Source: Fimbriosthenelais zetlandica
Taxonomy: Eukaryota
Assembly: GCA_977030845.1 (NCBI GenBank)
Contig: OZ365115.1
Coordinates: forward strand, 29,884,001 to 29,948,000
Direction: 5' to 3'
DNA: 64,000 bases
Shown: positions 47,946 through 61,900 of the stretch, in pieces
How the letters are laid out: the number at the start of each line of letters is the position of its first letter
Position numbering within the stretch: the stretch's first letter is position 1
Notes under the pieces: model-generated
Seen by the model: only the letters and a program-made list of their open reading frames with translations
What the model was told of the DNA's origin: nothing
Database searches by the model: none
Translations under genes and position numbers: made by a program

Positions 47946-50900
47946 GTGAGTTGGAGGTTGTTGAAACAAGGTGAATCACCCTAACCCTCTGAATTCGGCC
48001 AGACATTTTAACAATTTTCTATCAATTCGACATACAATACCAGTTTGTCTTTTACCTCCAACAAAAACTGTATTGGTATTCAACAATAAAATGGTTGGTT
48101 TTTGATATATTTAGTTATTGGAGATGGCAGAGAATTCTAGTCACCCTTGTAGTGCTAGTATCATAGACTAGGTCTATGCTATAGTATCATACTATGTCAC
48201 TCCATGCTCCCATTTTCTTGTCCACGATGAATCATTGAGCGAGCTGTGAGTAGTTACAGCCTACATTAACATAATTAGAGCAGCTCGCCCAATCTATAAA
48301 TAGACCCACCGTGGATGAATACTTTCTTTGGGTCTGTTGACTGAGTATGGGAATTTTGAATTATTCATTCTGTTCAAAGAATGTGGACGTTCACTGAATT
48401 AAACGAGAGAGTTGGGGTGACTCAGGAGGCTTGTACTGTATAGCCCTACACCATACACACTTGGGTTCCAATATGATTCACTACAAATAACTATTTTATG
48501 TATTTGATAATGATTCACAACTTGCAAATGAAACTCTTGGAATTTGACTCCTGCATGATCAATTTGTCGCGAACAAGTTGGATTTCTAGCTGCAGGGCAG
48601 ACATTGGCATCCTGGATTCCCAACTTAAGCAGCGATAATTAGGAAGGTATTATAAGATTGGAGTCAAATTGATGAATGGTACCAGGTGCCAATTAGATGG
48701 ACTGACGAAGACCTAAGCCTGGCCTGATCCTCCCAGGACTGAATAGTCAAAGGAGAAGCATGTCTCATGCCAGAATCAGTTTAGGGAGGACTTGGAAGGA
48801 AAAGAAATAACAAGCATCAGCTTTCAGAGCTTAGGCCTCAAGGGAGAATAAGAAATTCATTAATTCATTAAAAAGTAATACCAGATCCAGATTAGGGTTC
48901 CTTACTAATTATTCGTGCCTTAAAATGTGTCTGGGTGGCATCGATTTGGGTATTGACAGGTCCATGGATATATTATTGACTCAAAATTTGAAAATCTTTC
49001 ATTTGTTGCCCAATGCATGTATTATTCTCTTGAGTCTTCGATATGATCAAAAACACAATCATGTCAGGTTTAATGTTAAAATATAACGGAAGTGCAGTAA
49101 TTATAGTCGGTTGCATGGCGGAGGTAGAGATTGCGGACAGTATCCAGACATTGAGGCCCTCAGCAGGCAACAGACGGGCCCTGCTCCTCCTCCAATATCC
49201 CCCAGCTTTGTCACGGCTTCAACACCTGCTTTCTAACATCTGCTGTGTAACATCTGCACCTTGCCACCCAGTCCATCTGCTGCTCCTAGGGGCCTTCCAT
49301 CCAGCAAACCTGCCAGCCTGTTTCTCCAATGTATGTGCAGCCCTACCACTGATGCCCTCGCCACATCAGCCGCAGATACAGGAGAACAGCAAAACCCTCC
49401 AGTACATGGGGGTGGGGGGGGGGGGGGGGGTGCTGCTCCCACCTCCCTTCACTTAACATACCTATTGAAAATGCCTCGTAGTAAGGCTCTCTTCTACCGC
49501 TGTCGTTATTGTGGTCAACAATAGGACAGTGCTTTGGTATACAGCCTGCAGCATTGCACTATACAGCACTGCTCGTTTATATTACTGAAGCATACTAGTG
49601 TCCCCCATTGGTGCGAAGCATCTCAGTGGTGCATACATCGCGTGTCTCCAGAGTGCCTGCAATAGAAGCCTGCGATTGAGTTATACAAGCAATCTCTTCT
49701 TGCAGAGCCACATACGTGCATGCAACTATACAAATGTATTCAGAGATAATGAGAATTCCAAACCTTGTATACTGAAACCTGTACGTATATATACATGTGT
49801 CTGTATATATGTATATAGATGCTCGGTGTAAAACCCCATGCTTAACCATGAACGTTACGGGGATTATGAAATTCACCCAATGAATTATTGATTGCTCTGC
49901 GAGGGGAACCACTGCTCTACCTCATATTCTCGCTCCACTTATTGGCCAGTACTGAGGTATTTTGTACCTTGTACATGTGAGGAGGTTTATAGTAGGTTGG
50001 GAGCACCTATTGGGGAGGAGTAGGACTGCTCAGCTTTCCATGTGTACCTTTTTTCTCAGCCAGCCTCATATTACACCAGCTTTGCGAGCATCAGCGCTCT
50101 ATTCAATATTCAGGTAGCGCAAAGCTCAGAGAGCTCAAGAGCTTTTCAAAACCCAACCAAGTCACATCAGTACGATGCACGCAAGGAGCCAACATAATAC
50201 TCCTGTTCAGCCTTCCAAAAAAAATCTTTAGAAAGTCAGAAAATGGAAAAATGAGTATGAAACGTTTGTTGAAAAAAACCCGTTTGTAAGGGATAGTCTT
50301 TTCACTTACTCTTAACACATGGAATGCATGTTCTGTGCTTTAAAAAAGCAGGGAACACATTTGTCATAATGATACACTACCCTCTCCACACTCTGCCAGG
50401 TTGTGCATTATCAATCGATAAGAAGCTCTACACATTATGGTGCGGTCCCCGGGAAGAAAAAAAATCAATAAGTTGTCAGTCTTGAACAAGCATATGATAT
50501 CGGGCTGACTGCAGAGTGCAAATAGGGAGTCACCGGCGATTCTCTTATATAAAATATTTACTTCCTGAAATCCCTTGTTGATACGGATCTGTTCCTTAAT
50601 CCTTAATTCAATATTTTAGGTATAGGCGTATAGAGCTATAGTATAATCAATGGACAAATGAATTTATGATAGAGAGGTTTATCAATCATAGATGTAAAAT
50701 TTATTATATTTTGTGAACATAATTGTCGCAAATGAAATTAGATTTATCCAATGAAAAGGAAACGACGAATAAAAACTGATATATTCCAACATTCCATAGA
50801 CTATATTGATTCTGCATGTATTTTTCTCTCAGATATAAATTCGGCAAGTCTCCTGTTCCAAATTGAGAGCACGAGGACAGACCTGCGCTCTTAGAATGTC

Positions 50901-51240
50901 CAGCATGTGCCAGTGTGTGAGGAAGAAAGATCTGACCCCGGTTATTTGTTCAGGCCCCATCACTGATGTGTGTATAGCCTCCTCTCCCTTTCATTCCCTC
51001 TGTCTGACTGGAAACCTCAGATTCTGATTGAAAGAAGCGAGCAGTGGTGAGGTGAAGGGGTGCCAGGCTTCACCCGACTCCCCTCTATACTCACTCATCT
51101 TACCCGATACATTCCCACATTCTCCCTACTACTCCCTCCACTGACCTTAGGCCAGGAATGAAATAGTTTCTGATATAAATGGAGAGGTTGGAAATGTCTG
51201 TAATCTATGCATTGGCTGTTGATTCCGATATTTATTATAG

Positions 51241-51264
51241 TCCCAATTAAAGTCACCATATAAG
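51241..51264 (+). CDS. Candidate 24-nt microexon (SQLKSPYK in phase 0)
   Basis: TATTTATTATAG|TCCCAATTAAAGTCACCATATAAG|GTAAGT; frame-preserving and stop-free. Confidence 0.35.
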
Positions 51265-54200
51265 GTAAGTTCATTAAATGGTGATTATTTCTTTGTTCAG
51301 GATTATGTTGTAATCATCTAGTAGTTCTCGACAAGAGTAACTCTACACCTATATTTCTATATGGCCATTTCCATCTTTGCCCTTTTGGCAGCCATTAGAA
51401 GCTGTTTTCTCATTTAAGTTCCAAACTCTATATTTTCTCGAGATCTCCATCTAAAAAGGTCATTTAAATAAAGAAATTTTGCATATTACATTCTCTCCCC
51501 CTCATTCTTCTCTCGCTCAGAAGTGAAAATCTCAATATATTAATTGTATTGCTGTATATGACTTGCTTTAAATCCAGCGTGTGACTTCATCATTTCCTGC
51601 TGTTCTCCCCCCCCCCCCAGACTATGATTTAGATGTGCCTGCTATAGAGTATCCATCCAACTCATTGTGTCTACGATGCTGGGCCAGCAGGAAATGCCCC
51701 CGGATCCATCCATATCAATAAGTGTCATTTTGCCCTATCGTTGTGAGTAGTATAGCGGGTAAGGCATTTCATGATGGACAGATTCAATCCACTACCCATT
51801 TCCCTTCACTCTCATTCCCCACTCTCTCCCTCCGCCTGCTTCTCTCTGCCTCACATCAACAGTTGATAGCCTGAACAGCAGGGGGAGCGATGCATTGATG
51901 AGTGTAAACGAGATGAATATAGGGAAAGGAGAGCTATTGTTTTTATGTGAGCTATTGCTTTAAATCATGCCTGCGTCCACTGGGCAAAACCAGGAGCCTA
52001 TTGCAAGCTTATTATATTTTTCTCAGCCACACCACTTGCGGTGGTCAAATTTAAAGTATGGATCCAGCGGGGAGGTCCAGGAAGTTAGGACCTCACCTTT
52101 CAGAGATGATTTTCTGTCAATCCAGAAGAAAATTCTAGGCATCACAATGTCCCCTGCCCATGTTTTCGTAGGGCTCCAGCCCCTACCCACCTCCTCCAAA
52201 ATGCTGGGATCTCTCCCGAATCTAATCGGGTGAATTTTAAAAGCTTAGCCTATTCTCATTGCTTACCCTGTGAATAGGTGATGGCTTCTGTTCGTGCCAT
52301 GCATGTATCACGAATGTGGGTTTTATATGCAGTAATATTTCATCTATGAGGATATATTATTCCCCTGTGGGGTCAGCCCCCCACCCCTATTATAAGCCAT
52401 CCGCAGCCAGCCCCATATATTCATCCCTGGAGAGGCCTTTAAGTGTATTTAATCCATTGGTAGGCTTGTTGCTAGGATTATTGCTTGTGTTGGCTGACCA
52501 TGCCCGGGGTGGCATGTATTAACTAACACGACACACATAAGCATAACGCCATGTGAATAATGAATGGGGGCTGCCTTTGCTGGGTGATATGGATGGTATA
52601 AGGGTGGTGGTAGAGTGGCTAGACTATAGTAGTCCTTCTCCCAATGTTATGGTGATAAATCATTCATAAAACCAGTACAAATATTAAATAACCCTCTATC
52701 CCACTGAATCCATGTTCTGTTTAGAGAATAGAGCATGGGTTGACATAAGGGCTTGTGCCCTATGGGAATTAGACTTTCGAAGCCGAAGGCCGAGAAACCC
52801 AAAATCCCATAGACCAGGAGGCCTTAATGGCCATTGAATGGTCTGTGAGAGCGTGCACTGTACGATTCGGTGTATAGGGCACTAAACAAGGGGTATGAAT
52901 GTACTAATAATTTTAGACACTATTTATATTATCGGAGGATAAAAGCTATCCTCCCTGGTGCGACACACTGTATGATGTGGGCCCTGCATAATTGCATGCA
53001 TGGCATTTATGCATTCATCATAATACCCCTTTGTATAGACAATGCATCCTTAGCCTCTTATCTGAAATATAGGAAATTAAGACCGTGAAAAATCTACATG
53101 GCTGAAAAGAAGCTGTAATGAACCCGCTCTCACAAACTAAGTGGTAATCCAACGGAAGAGCGGGCCGATAATTCGCACAAATTAAAACATCCCATAGTAA
53201 ATGGGACACTTCCTCCTATATCAACAGTGCCGGGGACCAGCCACAAAGAAATCCATTTCCTTGGCCTGCCATCATGAATGTAATGAGGTGAGCGGTCTGG
53301 TGTGTGTGTGTGAGTGGGTAAAGACACACATTGACACTCACATATACAGGGTCCTTCCACTATTATGCCACTCACCTCTCCTTCTACTCCTGAGACTGAC
53401 ATGTGTACCCACATGCATACACATGTTAGCTTAGCTTGGAGCCACTCCTCTTAATCAAGACTTGCATTGATTGCTGCTACTGCCCTATACCTATATACCA
53501 GCGTCCCAGGCCCTCCACCCCCCCCCCCCCCCCACCACCACCACTCCCCTATGCCAGCTCACACTAGTGTCTGTTACAGGCGTCCCATCTGCCCCTGGAT
53601 CCATATTACCATCTGTGTCAAGTGATCCCCCATACCAGTGTAGTTATCATCCAATTTCTACTACACCAAAAGGCCATGATTTAGGGTGCCTTTGATTTCT
53701 GGACTAATACCGTCCCTGATGCTTGATATTCCTGAGACAAAAATCCATATTGGCTCCTTATTTCAGAAGCATAACATGGTGAAAATGTGCCCGATTCTTC
53801 CATTTAATTTCCATTCTCTATACAGTGCACTAGCTCACATAATATATATCGAACCGTTATATATTATATATATGACTAATATTGACTATGGCTATTTTAC
53901 CCCAAATAAAACAAGTAAAAAACATGCTTTGATGTCCCAGACATTTGACAGATCTATATAAGTCAGAAAACGCTTAGCTCCGGCTGTGTGGCTGAAGTAT
54001 TGGACCCCCAACATATTCCCTCGGGTGTCCTCATGACCATTGCTACATAGAGTCTAGATTGCCCATGCTGATAGGCTGCAGTGTTTAAATGGGCCCTCGC
54101 ATTTAATCCTCATGATTTACCGAGGCTTCCAGCAATATTGCCCTATGGCTCCAGTCAGAGCATGGTCACATAAACTATATATAAACCAGCTCTCCAGCAA

Positions 54201-57200
54201 AATACCGCTCCTTATTTGAGCTGCTCAGCCTGGGCATTTACTTTCTGAATTCTATGCACTATACTACTTCCATTGGATGTCTTCCTATTGAGGAAAACGT
54301 TAATAAAATGAGAAAGATGTCTTTTGCTTCTCCTACATCTTCTGCTTACCATTGTATATACTTGCCTTTAGCCCCAGCTTTGTTCCCCATTCCCACATTC
54401 ATTCCCTGAATGAAAGCAGACCTGCCTGTCATCTTGCCCCTCTGTATGGATGGTCTGCACTGTTGCTGCTACAGCAATAGATGTATATACCTTGGTGACC
54501 ACCCTCTCTCAGCATATATAGCCAGGCTTCTGGCCAGGCCTATAGGCGGCTTCACTATCTACAATAGCCGTTCAATAAATACCTTTACATACCTCCAGCG
54601 AAAGTGGAGTCTTTTCCCGATCGCCATTGTCAGCTTGGCAGCTGGCGCAGTAGTAGGACTACAGAGGAACAGGGGACTTGGTCTATACTGTGCCCCTTAA
54701 TGCCCCAGAGCCGAAATTACATGTGTAAAATATATCTGTTGACATTGTGGTCTCTTGTCTTCTTGAATCTTCATACCTGGTTGCAATAGTCTTTATAGAA
54801 ATATAAATTGGTTCATATGTCTGCAAAGTTATATTTAATATCAAGGAAAAACATCTTCCTATCATGTCATATAATTTTAAATTTTTGGTTATCAGTTGAT
54901 CGAAGGCCTTCGTAAGTCATCGTGTAACTGTTATAGAATATTACAACTTTGATAGACAAATGATATCATTACCAAAAGACCTTAGCTTTTTGGATCTCTG
55001 CCATAAGGACCAGTACTGACAAGGGCACGGCTTATTTTGAGCTAATAGCAAATCTATAATGCAGGCTGGTCACTTTTCCTGACAGGCCCAAATTGCTTTG
55101 TTGCCACGCACGTAAGGTTCCTTTGAGAAGGCCTCCTCAGAGCCTGACACTCAGTCGCTAAAGCACCCCTGTATGTATTAACCCTAGAGGGGTGGGGAAT
55201 GCCCCCTTAATGCCTACCCCTATTTCTAGATAGCAAAGCTATGCAGGGTAGGCTTAGAGAATACTATGATTAGATCCTTTTTGTATGTCCTCCTCCTACG
55301 GAGCTGCCAAAGTGCCAATCTCTGAGGGTTTAGGCATTGGTACAAGGTCCCAAATGAGTGACAGATATGGAAATGTATCTGTAAATGGCTATCCTGTAAT
55401 TATTTGGACAGGGACCCTATTGGACAAGAAGGTAATAGCAGAAATAAAAGGTAGTATACTGAGGAAATATGAGAAAATGGAGAACTATAGAAAATAGTGA
55501 TCTGGTGGGAATCTGTCATATTTTCAGGAGAAATCCCCCCTAACTCTTCCTTGCACTTCATTCCACGCATCAGAAGAATAGGGGGAAAAATCAGAGGTTC
55601 AAAGTAGTATCTCACGACTCATGTGATGGCATGAAAGCTTAGCCTGGTAGCAAGGATCCCGACTATATTTAGCTTGGACACATCATGCTCTCTGCATGCA
55701 TCACAGTTCAACCTGCCCCCTCCCTCTCCCCCTCTTTCTCTCTTCCCCCATTTCTCCTTTCTTCCTTCCACTCACATCACACACATACACACCCATCTCT
55801 CGTCTGTCGCTGTGTGATACATGTACTGGTATAGCCTCGCACGGTACCCCGCCATTCATTTCCTCCCCCAGGCCCTGCATGGCAGGCAGTGAGGAGAAGC
55901 ACGAGCTCTAGCAGCAATTGCTCCTGCTCTTCAAGATCAGCAGCATTTTCAGCCACCACTGCCGACACCACCACCGCCACCACCAGCACCACTGGTTGTG
56001 CACGGGAGAGAGGGAGGTAGGAGGTATAGGAGACTGGCAGTGAGGTACCACTCCTGGTAGGAACCCTACCACCCTCCTCCAGCTCCCCTTCCAGCCCCTT
56101 CACCTTCTCCAGGGTCTCCAATTTCAGACCTGAATCTATACAAACAGTGCATGCCTCACGGCCGACCCAGCCACAACACATTTCTATATAGCTCGCTTCT
56201 TACAATCTACAGAGATGATTTGTGTTTGCAAGATTTATAATTCGGCCCCGGTCTGTCTATTTTCCACCAATTTCTATTATCGCAGAGGCATGCGGGTTTT
56301 ATCCCTTTCCCCATATCGAGCCTGTCGTTTAAATGGTAGTAGTATATGGAATTGGGAGTTATATTATAGTATATAGATGAGCTGTACTGCCACATGGCCA
56401 TTGCACTGTGCCTGGACCTACATCACAGGTATATTTCCATCCACGATTGATCCCATGTAACATACAGCAGACTATATTTGTATGGCACAAAGGCCTAACA
56501 GACATGGCCCTAAGGGACAAATAAACGCGGAGAATTACAGCAGCGTTTAATGGTGGAATTGAATCGTTTTGCCTGCGGTGAGCGATGACCAACCATTCCC
56601 TGTTGACACCCCAATGTAAAAGGTTTGGGTAAATTTCTGCCCAGCCTAATGACAGCACTGGATGCTGCTTATATTCTCCCATCTGGATCCCACGTTGTAT
56701 CCCCATGTTAGCCACTTAAGGCATTTAGTCCCATCCCAAAATGTGATTATTTGAATAATACATATCTCATTGTACGCCTTATCAATCACCGCTTAGGCTG
56801 TTGAAGTCAGGCGGTGTTGCCTGCATTAGAGCGCTGTTTTGCTGAAGCTGAACAGTACATTCCACTCTCTATATACATGCATGATACACAACCATAACAT
56901 AAAACTCTCCTCAAGGAAGTATGTCTTCCCCGGGGCTGCTTTAATTGCTCTGAATCATCTAGTAACATCGGCTAATTGAATTGTTCTTGCAACCGTTGCA
57001 TAACCATTACAACAATTGACCTCCGTTCCTGTGGTATAATGGGTTCTGCTGTATACGTGCTCTTCTAACGTCCCCACGTAATTAACATTACAGCCTGCTA
57101 TTGTCTGCTTCAGTGGCACGGTGGAAGTACAGGGAATGGGAAGAGACAAGGCAGTATAGGGGAGAGAATGGAGAAAGGGATTGTTGCAGAAGGTTGGAAG

Positions 57201-57690
57201 CCAGAGTGTGGGAAGCCACTGAGCCTGAAGCCAGCAAGCTGAGCTGCAGGAGGGAAGCCTGGGTGGTGGGCTTAGCTCCATCTGTGTGATTGGTGACATG
57301 TGATAAATTGCTTGGTGATAACAGCTTTTCACAGCGCCTCTTCCTCCACACGTATTCGTCAAAGCAAATGCCAGTGGTCTAACAGGAGCAGGGAATATGT
57401 CAGCCTACGTGTGTGTGTTCAGAATGTTTCCCCTCTAACAAGGCCTTGTCTACAAGAACTGCCTCAAATACGCCACATGTTCTCTACTGTTTTTACCGCC
57501 GCTATGCTGATCCCCAATCTGATTCTCTCTTATCTCGGCCCGTCTTGTCATTTCATCTAACGCGATGCTCCCTATTTTTGTCCCATCTCGTATTTTCCTT
57601 TGGGACAGGACATTTCTATATGAATTGAGGGAAATGTTCTCAGTTTTGAAGTCTTTGAATGGATATGTTATATATGGTTATAGAGCCGAC

Positions 57691-58916
57691 TCCCACCTCT
57701 CCCTCACATTGCCATGCTCGGCCTATACACCCACTCCCACCTCTCCCTCACATTGCCATGCTCGGCCTATACACCCACTCCCACCTCTCCCTCACATTGC
57801 CATGCTCGGCCTATACCTCTCCCTCACATTGCCATGCTCGGCCTATACACCCACCTCTCCCTCACATTGCCATGCTCGGCCTATACTCCCACCTCTCCCA
57901 CCTCTCCCTCACATTGCTATGCTCGGCCTATACTCCCACCTCTCCCTCACATTGCCATGCTCGGCCTATACACCCACTCCCACCTCTCCCTCACATTGCC
58001 ATGCTCGGCCTATACACCCACTCCCACCTCTCCCTCACATTGCCATGCTCGGCCTGTACACCCACCTCTCCCTCACATTGCCATGCTCGGCCTGTACACC
58101 CACCTCTCCCTCACATTGCCATGCTCGGCCTATACCTCTCCCTCACATTGCCATGCTCGGCCTATACACCCACCTCTCCCTCACATTGCCATGCTCGGCC
58201 TATACCTCTCCCTCACATTGCCATGCTCGGCCTATACCTCTCCCTCACATTGCCATGCTCGGCCTATACACCCACTCCCACCTCTCCCTCACATTGCCAT
58301 GCTCGGCCTATACACCCACCTCTCCCTCACATTGCCATGCTCGGCCTATACACCCACCTCTCCCTCACATTGCCATGCTCGGCCTATACACCCACTCCCA
58401 CCTCTCCCTCATATTGCCATGCTCGGCCTATACACCCACCTCTCCCTCACATTGCCATGCTCGGCCTATACACCCACCTCTCCCTCACATTGCCATGCTC
58501 GGCCTATACACCCACTCCCACCTCTCCCTCACCTTGCTATGCTCGGCCTATACACCCACCTCTCCTCACATTGCCATGCTCGGCCTATACACCCACTCCC
58601 ACCTCTCCCTCACATTGCTATGCTCGGCCTATACACCCACCTCTCCTCACATTGCCATGCTCGGCCTATACATCCACCTCTCCCTCACATTGCCATGCTC
58701 GGCCTATACACCCACTCCCACCTCTCCCTCACATTGCTATGCTCGGCCTATACACCCACCTCTCCTCACATTGCCGTGCTCGGCCTATACACCCACCTCT
58801 CCCTCACATTGCTATGCTCGGCCTATACACCCACCTCTCCCTCACATTGCCATGCTCGGCCTATACACCCACCTCTCCCTCACATTGCCATGCTCGGCCT
58901 ATACCTCTCCCTCACA
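57691..58916. repeat. Minisatellite, 31 full units of core CTCTCCCTCACATTGCCATGCTCGGCCTATA with variable linkers (units mostly 32, 38 or 44 bp)
   Basis: Units counted directly; linkers are C, CACCCAC or CACCCACTCCCAC; few point variants (TTGCTATG, CCTGTA, CTCTCCTCAC). Confidence 0.97.
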
Positions 58917-61900
58917 CACCCTGACATGCTCTAGTCGGGAGTCGACTCCCACCTACACTTGGTTGGCTCTATCCCAGCTTCCTCATCGACCGTGGGTTAC
59001 CAGGGTACACACACCCACCCAACCACCCACCGCCCAAATATGAAGGCGAGATCAAAAGAGGCGGAGGGAAGCCCGCCGGCAGTATTGTTAAGGTGTCTTT
59101 GATCACAGGGGCTGGCAGGTGTGTTTCCCACGACCTCCTGCTGTATATCTAATATGTATGTGAAACATGGTCATGGTGCTAACTCCATGCCAGCATGCTT
59201 TATAGCTTATACCCATACCCCACTCATCTCTATCTCCATCCCCTACCTCTTGAACAGGAAATATTTAATGAGTTTCAATATTATTTTTTAATATTGAACT
59301 AATTGTGAAAGACAAAACATACCGTCATTTTATTTGTAGACCTAATCAAAGCATAATGCTATATAGTTCCCCACTAGCATAGACCAATGATAATATTGGA
59401 TAGCATTGAGTCGAATATAATCATATGCTATCAAATCGACATTATGGTTACTTCCATATTTGTTACAAATGGAATGAGGCCAAGGATGTGGATCCAGTAT
59501 TCTGACACTTTGGCTATAGAATGATATTTAGGCGGGTCATGTCCAGGACGCCTCTATTCATACCACCTATAGGAACAGAAGTAGAGCCCAGGCCTGCATG
59601 CCCCTTGCTTCATGAATTGTTAACATCCTCCTTGTCCTGGCCTGAAGATGGGATGATAAGATAGTCTTCAGGGCTAACCTTTTGATACCACCGAATACAT
59701 AATGAAAGGCATTTCTGATCTTTATTCCACCACTGTTTGACCAATGGTCAAGTACTGAAGGAACTCCGAAGTATGTGTTGGGTAACGATTCTTGTTAGCA
59801 CTCAAATAGTCCATATCCATCTATTTATGAGTAGAATGAGTACCGACAGCGTGTTTCCTTTTTGCTCTGACATATAATCTAAGAAGAAATGCTGACTATT
59901 CACCCACTCATCCATAAATCTCCCTTATATATAAGCTAAAGGCTGAGGACATGTACATCCATTCTGCTCCCTGATCACCATATAGGCCTGAAGCAATAAT
60001 CACTTCACTCTGTATCGAATGAGTGATTCTTGCCACTTGATACGCCACACCTCTGACAAGTAATTACATGATTTCCATTAAAACATCAATTACTCGGGCG
60101 ATGCAGTATAATTATAGATTAAGAAAGCACTAATGCCACTTCTTGCAAATTGTAAGTCAGGACTTCATATATACCTCAATACAGAGGTACATATATGGAC
60201 ACACTGACAGCTGAAGAGTGATTAATGCTTAGTCCTCATCTTTTCCACTTGTTACTCTTGTCCATGGCGTCCTCTTGCCGGGAGAAATATGAAGAACTAG
60301 AAGAAGTAGAGTACAGAAAAGAGATGTTGATGGATATAAAACTCAGTACCCCTCTTTACCATGCCTTTCTCCACTTGAGCAAATGTGTTTTGACTTAGAG
60401 ATAGACCTGATAAAGGCCTTTGACGGTGTTAAAGCTGATATCCCTTCGCTGCTAAATACTCACTATATGCTTCCTTATATCCAGTGAAATAGCAAATCTC
60501 TCTGGGGGTTTCTTTTGTTGTTTTTTTTTGCACTGACGATGCATTTGCGCATAGAAGACATGTATTATAGGAGATACATTTTCAGAACATAAACTGAAGA
60601 CAGTTTGTGATATAATGTGGGGTAATATAAATCTACATGCCAAAGCAGTTCACACTGTAATTTTAATCTTGACCTGAAAAATGATCTCCATGTCAAGATG
60701 AAGATTTCCTCTCCTATGTATATATTTATTGGATAAGAAGCAGGCATCGACAAGTCTAGTAGAGACCACTTAACCCCATTTGGCAGACCACGTTAGCTGG
60801 GGTGTGCCTGCCGAGTGTGGCAGACCCTGCAGAGATACCAAGTACAAAAAAACTCCTTAAAAAGCTGAGCGCAAATATTGATCACAGTTGTGGCTCGTGC
60901 CATTCCACAGCCTCAGCTAAATCAAAGGAAGATCCAGGTTGTGAACATACAAAATCATTCAACGGAGAGCGGGGGATGTTACGCTAACTCGCTACTTCAC
61001 TTTGTACCAGAAGAGCAAGTCAAAACAACCATTTCTCTCAGTTCATTCACAAAAGTAGACGGCCAGAAAAAGGCTGGAAAAGGAATGTGCTCTTGGAAGG
61101 AGGATACTTTTAACAAGCGAAAATATAAAAATATAAAATATTTCTCACTATAGTAATAGATTCCTCGATGCCCACAGTTATACGACTTGTATTGTTTGGA
61201 ATGATTGTACAAACACACCCATGGAACTTTGGCCCCTTCATACACTTACCGCTGCCAAGATGTGATGAATATTTCTCTCTATACATACATGGACTATATT
61301 ATTATTATGAGTAATCGTGATCAGTATTCGCCGGTACCTTTTAGGTGTAGTACTGGATAGAGAGAGAGAGATGGTCTTATCCGAGTATGTCATGAATTAA
61401 TGCATCTGAGTGTAAGGGAATCCTTGTCTCTGCCTTCCTCATAAGTCATATTAACATCCAGCCCTCCCTAGTGTCCTCTTAGATCATCCTCCTTGTCCTA
61501 CGCTTGCTGCACGGTACTGGAGTTAACAGCGCTAACTCCATCTACCCCCACCAGTCCACTCATCCACCTCTCAATCATCTCTCTGCCTTTACTCTAAAGT
61601 ACAGATTTTCCCCTGTGACTTTAATAGGCTAGAACCCTACAAATTTTACGGTCTTATTCCTGGAAATCACCTATGCATATCTACGAGATTGGAGTGTATT
61701 TTATTAGCATAAAACCACCTGAATTTATTGATGGTTTGCTTCTTGAGTATAGTGGAGTAGATCTGCATTTGCTCAACAGAGGTCAGCACTGAACTCCCCA
61801 GACCACCTACACAGAGGATCAGACATGGGATTGACAACAGCAGATTCAGTGACAAGATTAATCCCTCATTTGATATTCCTATTTGATAATAAATACCCAA

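Noticed and set aside
49043-49524. ORFs around the poly-G tract (for example ...YRCRYCGQQ)
   Set aside because: Driven by a G homopolymer; a single CxxC with no domain context and no supporting splice sites.
55872-56022. Exon-like GC-rich segment with good acceptor, and antisense ORF 55777-56181
   Set aside because: Stops in the liprin frame (TGA at codon 7), is not frame-preserving, and is low-complexity ACC/CAG-rich sequence without homology.
57691-58916. CRISPR-like repeat/spacer appearance of the array
   Set aside because: Linkers are 1-13 bp variants of one motif rather than unique spacers; there are no cas genes and the context is eukaryotic.
57565-59043. Three overlapping 400-490 aa ORFs (HIAMLGLY/SPSHCHARP repeats)
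   Set aside because: The minisatellite has no plus-strand stop codon and its unit lengths are not multiples of 3, so all three frames stay open and cycle through the same peptides; this is an artefact.
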